Notes: generated by a model from the letters alone, not told the origin. 64,000 bases of DNA from Octopus sinensis (GCF_006345805.1 NC_042998.1:86304001-86368000), one strand, 5' to 3'; positions 12,686-27,466 are shown, numbered from the stretch's first letter. Translations and numbers: made by a program.

Positions 12686-13143
12686 CTGAACTACAATTAA
12701 ACTAGGACCTTTTAATACCTATGGTCAACTTCTCATTGTTATTTATAGCTCCATTTCTTTTATTTTCTATAGATATATTAAACCACAGTTTTACCTTTAA
12801 ATTACCAACTACTGTATACCTTTTAGCTAGGACTATACATAGTGAGGTAATACACCAGTAGTGCCTACGGATACATTTATCCCTTAGATGGATAATATAT
12901 ATAAATATAGATATATATATATATGATTACACACACACACACACACACAAAATTAAATAACAAAGAAATTATGCAATGACCTCCATTAGCTTGCAGCTGC
13001 TCTTCTATAAGTTGTAGTGCACTCAGAGCTGAGACTATGTGCACTGCCTTATATCTTCCTTGGTACTTCTAAAATCATTCATGCACACATATACACACAC
13101 ATATATATATCCATATATATGCTTAAATATATACATGTTTGTT

Positions 13144-13175
<32 letters not shown>

Positions 13176-13499
13176 TACACACAAAGGGGTGCTGGAAAGT
13201 TTCTGGCTTTAGGTATCACGAAAACCTTTGTTGGAGGCCCAACTTACCAAGTTCTTTTGCAGGGCTTTGAAAAACTGAAGGAAGTATGCAAGTCAGAGAG
13301 GGGAATATGCTGAATAAAATCATGATTAACTGATCCCTCTGTATTTCCTTTAAACCAAAGCCAGGAGCTTTTCTGCACCCACTCATGTGTGTGTGTGTGT
13401 GTGTGTGTGTGTATAGAGGGTGCAATGAATAGACTGTCATCTAAATTATGCAAAAATGAAAATAACACTGACATCTCATTTTAACAGATATATTTACCA

Positions 13500-14010
13500 A
13501 AATTACATGAAAATATCTTGAAATACTAAGTGGGTTCTGAAGGAGCCTTCAATTGCTCCTACATACTTATGCATGTTTAGTTGCCCATTTGGTCCTATAG
13601 CTATTACCTCCATGTTAACATTGGCCATTCAGTGGACATGCTGTGTTACCCCTACATGATCATCCTGCCTCTGTCTTGGGTGTGGGCCTACTTACTAAAA
13701 TCTTTTTTACATTAGGTCCACAGCTAAAGGAAATTCTCAGGGTATGCCTATTGAATATTTTGCTGAATCTATTTGTATGGGGGAAGTGTTTATCAACTAA
13801 GCTAAAAATCTTACCTACCTGGGTTTTAACATTTAAAGAGAACAGTAGTGTGAATAACATCACTTTCTGGTGCTGCTTTCTCTTGGAGGGATTAGGTTCT
13901 GACATGTAACTAATTCTATCCTTGAAACTACTGGCAAGCAGAGCCTCATTGTCAGTATCAAAAATCTCTTTGCTGGAAGACAAGCTGGAGATTCTTCTGC
14001 TGACGTCCTT
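13500..14010 (-). mobile_element. Penelope-like element remnant (linker and GIY-YIG start)
   Basis: ORF 13660-13983 has FSLNVKTQVGKIF..KHFP..KIFNRHTLRISFSCGPN. Downstream are C.C...CPLNGQC and KYVGAIEGSFR in shifted frames. Confidence 0.8.
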
Positions 14011-15427
14011 TACCAGGTTCTAGCAGAAGGATCGCCAGCCCCAACATGGCGAACACCTAATAAATAAACTGTTTCCCACCACCTTCAATATAAACTCCCA
14101 CACACACACACTACATGCAGACATAAAGATCACATGACTAACAAATACAGAAAGGAAACACACTAGCAAACACAGTAATGAATACCTACACCCCATGCAA
14201 AAGTTATACATACAGTACCACTACACATCCCATTTCCACAAGAACACCAGCCTGATAGAGACACAATTCCTACAAACACTTCATAATAACTCTTACTGAC
14301 TTACAGCATAACCAATCCAGTGGCAATGTCTTGGTATCAAGGGACATAACACTTGAGTAAATCCCCTACCCAGTTAGTTTCATAACCTTTTCCCGACAAC
14401 CGCAAACTGGATGTCTCCTGTCACTTCCAATAATAGTGAACAGTTGCCATATTTCATTTCATATCGGCTACCTCTGGTGAGCATAGGGTTATATTATCTC
14501 ATTGTTACCTAACACTCTGCCATACTCCTGGCGTGAAATCATCTGGTAAGATCAGCTGTGGTTATATAATATTGTACACTTTAGATAATACACCCACTTT
14601 ATTGACAGATATACAAGTGCATTTTTTTCCTGACTTATAGATGTTTAGACAATTTACACACATCATCATCATCATTAAGCATCTTTTGCCTTCCTGGAAG
14701 GCTTCATCAGACTCCAATCTGTTTTGACATGGTCTCTATGGCTGGATGCCCTTCTTAGCACCAACCACTCCAAGAGTGTAATGGGTGCTTTTAGGTGCCG
14801 CTGGCATGGGTGCCATTTGCATGACACCAGTATCTGCCATGACTGCAGTTTTACTTGGTTTGATAGGTCTTTCCAAGCACGGCATAATGCCAAATGTACT
14901 CAGTCCTTGCTTCCATGAGATCTAACACTCAAAAGCCCTGCATAATGCCAAATGGTCTCAGCCCTTGCCTCATACACACATGTATATATGTTTGTGTGTG
15001 TGTGTATATATATATATATACACACACACACACATATCAGTATAAGATAGGCTTCCCTACAGTTTCCACCAATCTGATATCACTCACAAGGCATTGGTCA
15101 ACCTGTGACAGTAGTAGAAGACACTTGCCAAAAGTATCATCCAGCAGGATCAGCCCTAAAAGCACATGGTAGCAAAGCAATCACACAGCTACTTCTGTAC
15201 TCGTTGCTGATTGATATAATCTAGTATGCTATTACTTGTTTTATTGGCTCTAGAAAGAAGGAAATTAACTTTATCTTAGTGATATTTGAACTCAGAACAC
15301 TGAGATATTAATTTAGTTCCAATAAAACATTCAGCTTCCATCTGTTTTTACCCTTTATCTCATAATAAATAATAGCAAACATTTTGAAACAAACTTTTCA
15401 TTTTAAAATCTGTTTTGTAAAACATAC

Positions 15428-15493
15428 CTCCCTTTCTCTGGTAAGGGACCACCCATGTCATTTTCATCCAAACTGTTGTATAATGGATTAACC
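15428..15493 (-). CDS. Cadherin-related gene exon (cytoplasmic NPLY / SLDEN motif); last exon identified
   Basis: Acceptor atatttttcag, donor ag|gtatgt. 66 nt, phase 2 to 2. VNPLYNSLDENDMGGPLPEKG. No stop is reached, so the gene continues downstream. Confidence 0.88.
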
Positions 15494-15653
15494 CTGAAAA
15501 ATATTTATATAAAACACAAATAAATTTTTTGAAGAAAAAGTCCATGGGTTATTGATAAATTAATATGTTTTTTCAGAGTTTTACTTTACAAGAAATATAT
15601 AAAAAAATTTCTGAGAAAATGCCTCTTTCTCTTATGTCACTGACAGTGTAGAC

Positions 15654-18600
15654 CAGTGTTTTCCAAACTTTTCATGCCAAATTGCAATATCACCCACCTA
15701 TTGGCCAAAAAATGCTCCATTGCCCACCTATGTAAAAAAAAACCTGACATCCCCCAACACTAAATCCCCTAGGAGAATCTCCCCTTGTATCATTTGACAC
15801 ACACACTATACTGTAGACTTGTTGCCTCGTTAATGCCATCTGGACTAAATATGTGGTTGTTTACAAATCTATTGTGGGTTTAGTTTTGCCATTAGTGTGA
15901 ATAAAATTCTAATGTTAACTCTATATTATGCAGGCAGATTAACTTCAGTAAACTTGTGCTTTCTTTTACACTGATTTCTATTTTCCCCAAATGAACCATT
16001 GAACAGAACTACCAATGCAAAAATAATTAATGATTGTATTATAAAAGAGAAAAATACAACTTTTTAATGAGAACCATGTCTGGGGCAATGCAGCTAGTGC
16101 AAATACATTCAGTCTCAAACTTGTCAATTTTAGCACAAGTCTACTCGTTGTGTTACTTCCAGTTCAATTCTTTTATGGGAGTGTAAAATTCCAATATGGC
16201 TAAAACCAGATTCAACCAGGTATGAGGTAGGAGAGGCAAGCAAAAGTAATTTCAGATGTTTCCGCAGATTGGGGTAGGAATTCAATATACCTTGATGATA
16301 CCACAAACCTTCTTTGCCATTATGGCAATAGCACATTGTGGTGTCATCATCATTTTGTAATTCTATCAATTCCTTCTGTTTGTCATCCTCACAAATGACT
16401 GCATCAAGCTCAAACGGATTGTTATACCAACTTGGCATATTCAGCACAATAACATCCTGAAATTGCACTATCATGTTTGTGCAATGACTGCAAATAGATG
16501 TTATATATAGTTAAATCTTCAACAGCCAATTCATCTTTGAAAAAATTTTGAAATGTTAGTCTTATACAGCACCAATTTCAAAATGAAGGTAGTGATAAAT
16601 GATTTACAATCAATGAGAGTTTTCCTGTTTCCTTGCAATAACTTATTCAAATCATTCAATTTTGTGAATATATCACAAAGAAAAAAGTTATCGCACCTTA
16701 CAGTCATCAATGAAGCATATAGTGGAATATCTTCAAAGAAAGATATGATTATATGAAATAGTTCAACAAAGTGTAAAACACAGTTTCCTTTTGACAGCCA
16801 CCTCATTTTGGTATGGTATAAGACTTTAGTATAGTCCTCATCATTTCTCAGACTGAGTTGACAGAAAATTTGATAAGACAAGGGACTGGACTTCAATTTG
16901 TTCACAGTCTTGATAATTAACTGTAGTGCATCATCCACTCTACTGTTCACATTTTTTGCCACTAAATGCAACTGGTGTGTCAAGCAATGAACAGTTAGTA
17001 TCTGGTGGAAAATTTCTCTGTGAACAGCATTTCCTCATAAGGTTGAAGGTCTTCGCTGAAATACTGAACATATACCATATCAAACATTGATTGTCAACAA
17101 CAGTTGACTCATCCCCTTGCATTCAAAACGCTGGAGAATATTGGTGAGCTGATGTTTGACATCTTTGGCCATTTCGTCGATGCGTCAAGAAATCATTTTA
17201 TTACTCAGTGGGATCTTCATAATGTTATCAGGATTTTCATGCATAATGGTTGATAAAATCTTTTTAATAACTGGGCGAAGTAATGTTTCTCTAGTTATGT
17301 GAGACTTCCCAGACTTAGCAACAAGCAATGCAATGTTGTGCAATGCAATCAACCCATCATTCTCTTGCTTACTAGTTTCTCGGAGTATTAGCAACAAGCA
17401 ATGCAATGTTGTGCAACGCAATCAACCCATCATTCTCTTGCTTACTAGTTTCTTGGAGTAGTCTGTTGAATGTTTGTTTGCTTTTTGAAAGAGGTGCTCA
17501 GTTTCAAAATGTATGAATGCTTTGCATCAAAGTGATACTTCAAGCATGAAGGTTTCATCAGTTCATTGGTCAATGTTTGATGGCAAAGAAGGCACATTGG
17601 TTACAGACAGTTCTGAGGAGAGGCAATAAATTCAAACAATAAATAATCCCTACTGTACTGTCAACAAATTTTCTTGACTGGAGGCATCAGTAAAGTAAAA
17701 CTATGAAAATGAATTTCTACGGACAACGTCAGAAAGGCAGTATGGTATTCCCAAAGAGAAGAAGTTGATAGAGTAGAGTCAGATGACATGTCTTTACTGG
17801 AGCAAATACAAATCTAGTTTGTTTGGCTGCCAGCTTTTCAAAAATTGAAGTTATTGAAAATTTTATAATTTGGCACATTAATATACCTTTCTAAGCTAAA
17901 TTGTTGGTGTTATTAAACTTTTTCCAGAAAAATGTTTTTAAAAAGTTATAGAGGTTTAAAGTTTGGTCATTTTCACCCAGTCAAGAAACCCAATTTCAAA
18001 GCTGTCATGTTGTGCATGGTTGCACATTTTGTCAACAACCTGAAAATAGCACTTGTATTTTGATATGAGACTGTAGAATTACACACAGCATATAATCCTT
18101 CATAAATTTTTTTTGTTTTTCAGAGTTTTCAGAAGTTTTCATGAATTTGTATTCTATACATAGGAATTCATAGGATTATGCAAAAAAAGGAGAAAAAATT
18201 GTGGTGGAGCATGATTTAAGGCCTAAGCCTACTTCACTGCTATTTTTAGCACATATGACAACCATCTCAATGACGGTGCAACAAAAATATTTGATCGATA
18301 AACAAGTCTGCTTATTTTAAATACAAAGGATGTTTCATGCGAGTAGTCAAATCGATAAAAGTGCATCTGTATTCTACAGTTGCCTAGATATGAAACCATA
18401 GAATTACGCATGACATATAACACCTGATAACTTTTTTATTTTTCAGAAAATTTTTAGCAAATTTGTATTCTACACGCAGGGCTTCATAGGATTATGCCAA
18501 AAAGTAAAAATTGTTGTGGGGTGTGATTTAAAGCCTAGGCCTATTTGGTTGCTATTTTTAGCACATATGACAACCATCTCATTGACTGTGTGACAAAAAT

Positions 18601-18855
18601 GATAAACAAGTTGAATGATAAACAAGTTCACTTTTTTAATCTCATGCAAGAAGTCAAATCGATAAAAGTGCATCCTTATTCTAGATATAAGTAAATGCAG
18701 ACTTAATTTCTAAAAATGCTTTGTCACTCATAAAATGCTCGAATTACCCACCAAAATCTCAAATCACCTATCATTTTCTAGAAATTCACCCATCACCCAC
18801 CTGTAAGTTGAAATTGCCCACTGGTGGGCGATATCAATCACTTTGGGAAGCTGTG
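15654..18855 (-). mobile_element. Full-length decayed hAT (Buster/Charlie-type) transposon
   Basis: TIR cagtgttttccaaa / degenerate tttgggaagctgtg. 8-bp TSD gtgtagac (15646-53) / gtgtaaac (18856-63), matching nnnTAnnn. Transposase remnants: BED-like CLLCHQTLTNELMKPSCLKYH (ATG 17687), HTKMRWLSKG and PTSYLVESGFS. Confidence 0.88.
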
Positions 18856-19920
18856 GTGTAAACATATGTCAACCTTATTGACAGTGTAAACAATGCAAGC
18901 CTATAAAACTTTTATATTTGGATAACGCAAAATTAATGATATGCACCTTGAAATGGAGTTTCAAGTATTGAACAGTTACTTTTTCTTTGCTAGCTTAGAA
19001 ATTAGTAGATGTATAAGACAGAAGTTCTACCCCAAAACACACACCTTAATTAGCAACAAATTGCAAATAAATATTCTAACTGCTTTGAATATTCTTTGGA
19101 TCCTTCTATTGTGGAATGAATTATTATGAAATCAGGACTTCTAAATGCAGACACTGATGCATGAATAGATAATTTACAGTTGGATGCTTTTCTATTGATA
19201 AGTACTCAACAGTGAAAGAGCGTTGGAACCTGTTACAAAGTTATGCTTTCTAAAAGGAACATCTAATTGCTACAACAGATTTTGAGCAGACCTACAAACA
19301 GAAAGTTTGTTTTGGTAAAATATATTATTAGAGTATCGGAATATACTACACACAATCCTGGAATGCACTGCAAAATTGCAGGCAGCTGGACAAGGAAGGA
19401 AGATCCGTCATTCACAAGGCATAAATCTAAAACATTATGGAATAATACATCTGTTTATGCTGCACAAATGCCTTGCAAAGTGTACTTTATTTCCTTGCTA
19501 CAGTCCAAAGAAACATGTTACTCAGAGTTCAATACAACTACAGTGATTGCTGTCTTTAACACAAAGCTACAAATATGTAGTGGAGAGAACTCAGATTGTA
19601 GACATGGAAGATATACCACAAAGCATTTTGTTTGATACTTCAACAATTCTACTGATCCTTAATAACAAGTTTCTAATTTTGGCTCAAGGCAAGAAAATTC
19701 AAGGATAGGGCAAGTGACTTAAAACAATACCAGTACATGACTGGTACTTTATTTTATCAATTCTGGACTGATGAAATGTAAAGATTGATTGCTGTCATAG
19801 TTATGAAACCAATTATAACCTACATGTAATTAAATAATCAAATGTTTATAAAAAAAACAATAGGAGTTAGAAAGGATAGAGAAGAAGGAAAAAATGAGAA
19901 AGAGAGAAAGAAAAACATAC

Positions 19921-19978
19921 TGTCCCTCTGAAAACAAATTGGTTCCAGGATATACAACTTCAGGTGTATCATCTGATG
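19921..19978 (-). CDS. Cadherin-related gene exon (cytoplasmic PGTN motif)
   Basis: Acceptor tatatcattacag, donor ca|gtatgt. 58 nt, phase 1 to 2. (A)SDDTPEVVYPGTNLFSEG(Q). Confidence 0.9.
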
Positions 19979-20364
19979 CTGTAATGATATAAAAATTAAA
20001 TAATGACCATAGTTTTCTTTGACAGATAAATTTCTTTCATGCATTGAATACAAAGACAAACACAGTTTAGGATACTTAAACAAAATAGAATGTATAAAAT
20101 TGAACTACTAAGAAAAAAGCAATACTGAACATGAAATGACGTTCAGTTCAACAGTCATAGCATGGCCACAGCTCATGAGCTGAAACTAGTTGAATTCAAT
20201 TCAATGCATATCATCATCATCATCGTTTAACGTCCACTTTCCATGCTAGCATGGGTTGGACGGTTCAAATGGGGTCTGGGAAGCCAGAAGGCTGCACCAG
20301 GCCCAGTCTGATCTGGCAGTGGGCCTGGTGCAGCCAGCCACAGCTCTGAGCTGAAACTAGAGAG

Positions 20365-20404
<40 letters not shown>

Positions 20405-20564
20405 ACAGTATTAATAAAATAGGAGATGGAATGTGTAATAGACTTTATTGAGTACAACACATGTTTCGACCCGTTATCTATGAATAACAACAGGTAAGTG
20501 AAACTGTGCCGGTGCGTTACTTATCATCTATTTATACATTTTGTACAATTTCTTCATTTTATAT

Positions 20565-20637
<73 letters not shown>

Positions 20638-20654
20638 CATGTGTATATACATAT

Positions 20655-22190
20655 ATCATCATCATCCTTTAATACTCATTTTCTATGCTGGCATGGGTTG
20701 AGGGCTTGACCAGAGCTGGTAAGCCAGAGAGCTGCACTAGGTTCCAATCTGATTTGGCTTGGTTTCTACAGCTTGATGCCCTTTCTAACACAAACAACTT
20801 TACATTGTATGTGGGATACTTTTAACGTGATATTGGCTGAGCGTTTTTACATGGTACCAGCACAAGCGCTTTTTATGCAGCACCAGCACAGGATTCATGC
20901 AGGCCAATCATCTCCAGCAGGGGATGTAGCCTTAACACTTTTGCTGTGAAGGACAGGTCTTCTTGAGTACAGCAATGTGCCAGGTATTTCAGTCCTTTGT
21001 CATCTCATATGAAAGTTGCAGTGTTCTGAGGTTATCGTGTCCTCGTAGGTCTCCCTCTTCCACGAGTTCCATCCACTTTGAGTGAGTGGCACTTCTTAAT
21101 GGAGCTACTGACATCCATCCATATCATATACTCAAACCAGCACAGTCTTCTCTCTTGGCTGCATCTAATTCCTCCTGTGCCTAACTTCTCTCTCAATATA
21201 CTAACACTTTGTAACACATGTACACTTATATTACACATTCAGTGGAGCAAACTAGCCTCATTCCTCTTGAGCCTTCACATGTCCTCTGCATTCTGGGCCC
21301 ATGTCTCACTACCATGTAGAATTGCTGTCCATATGCATGCATCATAGAATCTTTCTTTCACTCAGAGAGAGAAACCTTTGGTTGCCATCAGAGTAAAAGC
21401 TCTCTGAATTTTCTCTATCTTATTCTTATTCTAGCTATCACACTCTCCATACATCCTCCTCTACAACTAATTAGATCCCCTAGAAAGAAGAAATTATCTA
21501 CAATCTTTAAAGGGCCTCTGGGACATTTGAGAAAATCGATCTCTGGAGTATCTGTAGTTTTTATAAAGCTGTATGTTTTTTTCAACACTTTCATATATCA
21601 GGGAAAACACTACTGCATTTAACCCTCTATCATAACTCTCACAACTACTCACTTTGAGGTGTCTATAAACTAGCCATCCTCAGTGCATTTCTTTTCTTCC
21701 ATAGTAGCTAAAGAAGGTATTATCCTCAATGACTGATATAACAGTCACTGTCTCTCATTTACTGAATGTTCTCATCCTAAAAAGAATGTTACACTTTAGC
21801 ACAAAATATGTAACATGTCTGTTTATAGGTGTTTGCAAATCTTCTCCAGAAACAGAAATATTTTTTAGGAGCAAGCACAGCTGTATGGTTCAGATGTTTG
21901 CTTTCTAGGTATGTACTTTGGGTTCCCTCCAATGTATGACACCTTGAACAAACTATTGTCGATTGAATTTGGTAGATGGAAACTGAAAGAAACCTGTTGT
22001 GTGTGTGTACTTACACTCTGTCGAGTATGCACACTGACATTACACATCCACCGGATCGTACTGGCTTCATTCCTTGCGAGCTTACGCATATCCTCAGCAG
22101 CCACAGCCCATGTTTCACTGCCATGTAGCATGGCTGTTCGTACACATGCATCATACAGTCTACCTTTTACTATGAGCAAGAAGCCCTTTG
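20655..22190 (-). mobile_element. RTE-like LINE 3' fragments with (CAT)n-tailed 3' UTR
   Basis: GRLYDACVRTAMLHGSETWAV..RWMCNVSV and REKLG..IRCSQERRL..GRGRP. (cat)n tail near 20656. At least two interrupted pieces. Confidence 0.8.
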
Positions 22191-22595
22191 TATATATATA
22201 TATATATTGTTTTTAAATATTTTGTTTTAATTACTTGTATTTGAATTTTCTAGTAATGATATATTATATTTTGTTATATTTTTCTTATATAAGTTAATAT
22301 TTATATCTATTTATTCTAGTTTTATTTATACCATGTTTTTAACGAAATAAATTTTATAAATAATAAGTCCTATTTATTAAGTTTAAAGATTTAGTTAACA
22401 ATATATTTGTTAAGATATTTCGTATTTGTATTTTATGATATAATATTGTATCTTATTCGATTTTTATTGTAAAATTACATTTTTTTAATATATATTTATA
22501 TTTTCTTACAAGATTATATATAAATCCTTAAATCCTTAAAAATGTTTTAGCCCGAAGGCAGCAGCCATATCTAATTATTTTATTGTTTTTATCTT

Positions 22596-22678
22596 GGACC
22601 TGAAGAGTCACTATATTTAAATTGAATTGGTTTTTCTGTTATCAGTTTGAAAATATAGCTACGAAACACGTGTAGTCC
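22596..22678 (+). ncRNA. Type I hammerhead ribozyme (second family)
   Basis: Stem I GGAC/GUCC; CUGAAGA 22600-06; stem II GU..CUAUAUUU/AAAUAUAG..AC with a 2-nt mismatch; GAAA 22663-66; palindromic CACGUG; GUA 22672-74. Confidence 0.78.
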
Positions 22679-22936
22679 TTTTACCAATTGCATATTTTTT
22701 TTATTTATTATTTTGTACTTTACTTAATTACTGATATATGTTTTATTGTATATTTAATTTTTTCTATATGGTATAATTTAATTATATCATTGTTATTTCA
22801 TTGTTGAATTGCTAAAAAGTGGTTTTTCTCTAATTTATATACATATATTATATATTGTGAAATTTGATTTAGTTTTCCTAAATTGAATTTTTCCCTGTAA
22901 GTTTGGAATAATATTCTGTAATATTATTATATATAA

Positions 22937-23245
22937 TCATCATCATCATTTAGCGTCCGTTTTCCATGCTAGCATGGGTTGGACGGTTTAACTGGGGTCT
23001 GTGAAGCCGGAAGGCTTCATCAGGCCCAGTCAGATTTGGCAGTGTTTCTACGGCTGGATGCCCTTCCTAACGCCAACCACTCCGCGAGTGTAGTGGGTGT
23101 TTTTTACGTGCCACCTGCACAGGTGCCGGACAGAGCTGGCACAACGGCCATGAACGGATGGTGCTTTTACGTGTCACCGGCACGGGGCCAGGCAATGCTG
23201 GCAACGGACACGAACGGATGGTGCTTTTACGTGCCACCGACACGT
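22937..23245 (-). mobile_element. (CAT)n-tailed SINE-like / RTE 3'-UTR repeat; representative copy of a family with about 10 copies in the window
   Basis: Shared core (catcat..tttaacgtcc..catgctagcatgggttggac..ggatgcccttcctaacgccaaccactcc) also at about 14661, 20212, 36441, 37590-37878(+), 38120-38545, 43338 and 58400-58593(+). Confidence 0.85.
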
Positions 23246-23261
23246 ATATATATATATGTAT

Positions 23262-23316
<55 letters not shown>

Positions 23317-23318
23317 TA

Positions 23319-23815
23319 TAATCAAAATAAGCAACAAGAATACCTTTGGTAATTTGGTACGAACATTTCACACTACATCATTTTATTAAACATTGTAAGT
23401 ATTACATCAGTTTTAAAATGTTGAGCAATCATCAGCCATTCATAGAGGTTTTCCATCAATACATATACTTATTTCCATGTTAATTGATAATATTATAAAG
23501 AGCGTAGATATACAGATAGAGATGTTTAGCAGATCAAAATTTCTGAAAGAAAATCTGCAGTCAGAAGATAAATTCTAAAACCTTAATGTTCTTAACATTC
23601 AAATCAACATCTCTGTCTTTATATCTACCCTCTTTATAATGTTATCAATTAACATGGAAATAAGTATATGTATTGATGGAAAACCTCTATGAATGGCTGA
23701 TGATTGCTCAACATTTAAAAACTGATGTAATACTTACAATGTTTAATAAAATGATGTAGCATGAAACAATCGTACCAAATTACCCAAGATATTCTTGTTG
23801 CTTACTTTGATTATA
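23319..23815. mobile_element. Inverted PLE-type terminal repeat pair (about 208-bp arms) with degenerate hammerheads
   Basis: 23319-23526 is the reverse complement of 23606-23815. CUGAUGA 23697-703 and GAAAC-AAUC-GUA-CCA 23763-77. The flank resembles 10172-10260. Confidence 0.7.
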
Positions 23816-23881
23816 ATCACCCCATGGATTTATATGGATAACACCACACAAAATTCTGGTGCATCTGACTTAAGTACCATA

Positions 23882-23917
<36 letters not shown>

Positions 23918-24785
23918 ACTTCCGAGAGATAAGTATACAATTTATTTAAGAAATAATAATGTAATCTATATGATTATTGATTGATGATTATGAATTTCTA
24001 ATTTTTTTTATTTGTTAATGATAATTTAGATACGTACATTTATTATGATTATTATATGTGAACTTAAATCGAAAAACATTAGTTTGATTACTTTGTGAAT
24101 TAGATTGTAAAATGTTTTAGTATAGCTAAGTGTTTTATTATATTTAGTACTATTGAATTTAATAATAATAATAATAAATACTTTTTCCGCAAATAATTTT
24201 ATAAACAATAAGTAATACATTTTTAGTTTTGGAATTTTTTTTAAAAATTTTTTATTTCAAAAATATTTTCAGAATGATAAGTATAATATCTATTTAAGAA
24301 ATAATGGAGTAATTTATTTATCTACTTATATGTTTATTGATTGAAAAAATATGGATTTCTAATTGCTGTATTTGTTAATTGTAATTTAGATACGTACTTT
24401 TATTTAGTTTTATAATTTTATTATTTTATAATTATTATATGTGAACTAAAATCTAAAAGGATTAAGTGTGAATGTTTTGTAAAATAGTTTGTAACGTAAA
24501 ATATTAGAGTATAGCTAGTGAAAAGATATTCTATAGTTTGTTAATGTTATTCTTAAAGCTAAATTATATCTTCACAGATAAATACATTTTTCTATCTATT
24601 TACACTATTTTTTTACCTTAGGGTTTTAACATGATAAATGTATTATAAGCACCTGGTCCTACTGTTTAAGTTTCAAATTTAGTTAATGGAGTTTCTTCAA
24701 TAAGAACAATCATAATTTCATTTCTTTAAGAAATATTGTTTAATTCTATTTCATTATTTATTTAACTATTATTGTTATTATTGTT

Positions 24786-24887
24786 GACCTGAGGAATGAC
24801 TATACTTTTAAATTGAATTGTTTCTCGATTAAATTTAAATTTAATTGTAATTCGAATTTAAATTATAGCCATTAAACGTACGTAGTC
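24786..24887 (+). ncRNA. Degenerate hammerhead motif related to 22596-22678
   Basis: GAC-CUGAGGA-AUGACUAUA..UAUAGCCAU-UAAA-CGUACG-UA-GUC. GAAA is mutated to UAAA. The downstream flank is similar to that of the 22596 copy. Confidence 0.55.
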
Positions 24888-25119
24888 TTTTTACTTATTA
24901 TATATGGTTTATTCATTTTTGTACACTTTATGATCTAGTGATATGTTTTATAATATATTTTATTTTTTTATGATTTGGCTTATTTCTATCACTGTTTGAA
25001 TTGCATAATAGTGGTTTTTCTATAATTCATATATATTATATATTCATATTGTGAAATTTGATTTAATACTAAATTGGATTTTTCCCTGTGACTTTGGAGT
25101 TATACTCCCTAGTATTATT

Positions 25120-25175
<56 letters not shown>

Positions 25176-25678
25176 CATTCCTTGCAAAAATTGCTCTTAA
25201 ATGTGGTTTTGGTTGTTGTGACTGCTTCTTCTAGCATGTAAAAATTACCTGTTAAAGGTAGTGTTCTCTTGTGTTTAAATGTACACTATCATATATTGAG
25301 AATATGTTGTCTATTGATTTTTATACATGCTAGGCCACTGGTGGTGAAATTTCAAAACATATTTGCCATGCTGTATAATTTTACGAATGATTATAGCATT
25401 TCTAAGATCGGTTTGGTGTTTCATTTACTGCTGACTGAAACTGCACTTGTATGGTGTATTTTCAAAAATTATAACATATAATCATGAGATTCGTGTTGTC
25501 TCTAAATTATATGTTAATCATTAAGGCACGGTTACTAATGGGGATTCGCCTAGCAAATTATTTTATTTGCTACAAAAATCTGAAACCTAGGTATAACCAT
25601 AAAAAATAACAAGGTGAAAGTTTTTTATTTTTCATTCCTCTCGAAAATTGCTCTTAAATGTGTTTTGATCATGGTGAA

Positions 25679-26935
<1,257 letters not shown>

Positions 26936-27466
26936 TAAAAATTGAAGCACCCCAAAGGGCAATCAAAAAAGATAGATGGCATGACAGGCCTCGACTATTG
27001 GGGTCGACTAGAAAAGCTAAAACTCTATTCTCTCCAACGTCGTCGTGAGCGCTACATCATCTGCATGATGTGGAAAATATTCCATCAGCATTGCCCAAAT
27101 GATGTTGGCATCACCTTAAGGTACATCCAAGGCTTGGGCCCCGTGCCATCCGCCCCAAACAAAAAATCGCACTCTCATCTCATAACAACAATACGGCACA
27201 ATTATTTCACCTCAATTGGCCCCGCTCTCTTTAACACATTAAAACAGAAACTGACCCTATAGGGTTCAAGAAGTCTTTGGACAGATTCCTTCAAGAAATC
27301 CCGGATAAACCCCCTACACCCCGATATGTCTCTGTAAACATTACTCTCTACTTGAGTGGGCCATAGTGCCCAAATTCTGACTTGAAAGACTTCACCAGGT
27401 GGTGCTATTAGTTAGACATGGCCTGGGCCAATAATGGCCGAAACCTATCAAAGTATCAAAGTATAT
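26936..27466 (+). mobile_element. CR1-like LINE 3' end with (ATCAAAGT)n tail
   Basis: DYWGRLEKLKLYSLQRRRERYII..WK. A related copy lies at about 55672-56170. Confidence 0.8.

Larger units (their letters stand above)
10500..12895 (+). mobile_element. Decayed Penelope-like element (RT remnant) with an inverted 5' segment
   Basis: Translation gives ITIKGHKVNF..KVRLICPNKSDLCKLSK, DIENYN*SI, WVRKD..FNITMG, GLYSDDAL and NHPNFIKR, typical of PLE RT. About 11030-11190 is an inverted copy of about 12200-12370. Confidence 0.85.

Noticed and set aside
12990-13460. Possible terminal exon of the cadherin gene (acceptors near 13069 and 13441)
   Set aside because: In the required phase they give an immediate or early stop with no recognisable motif, so the next exon could not be assigned.
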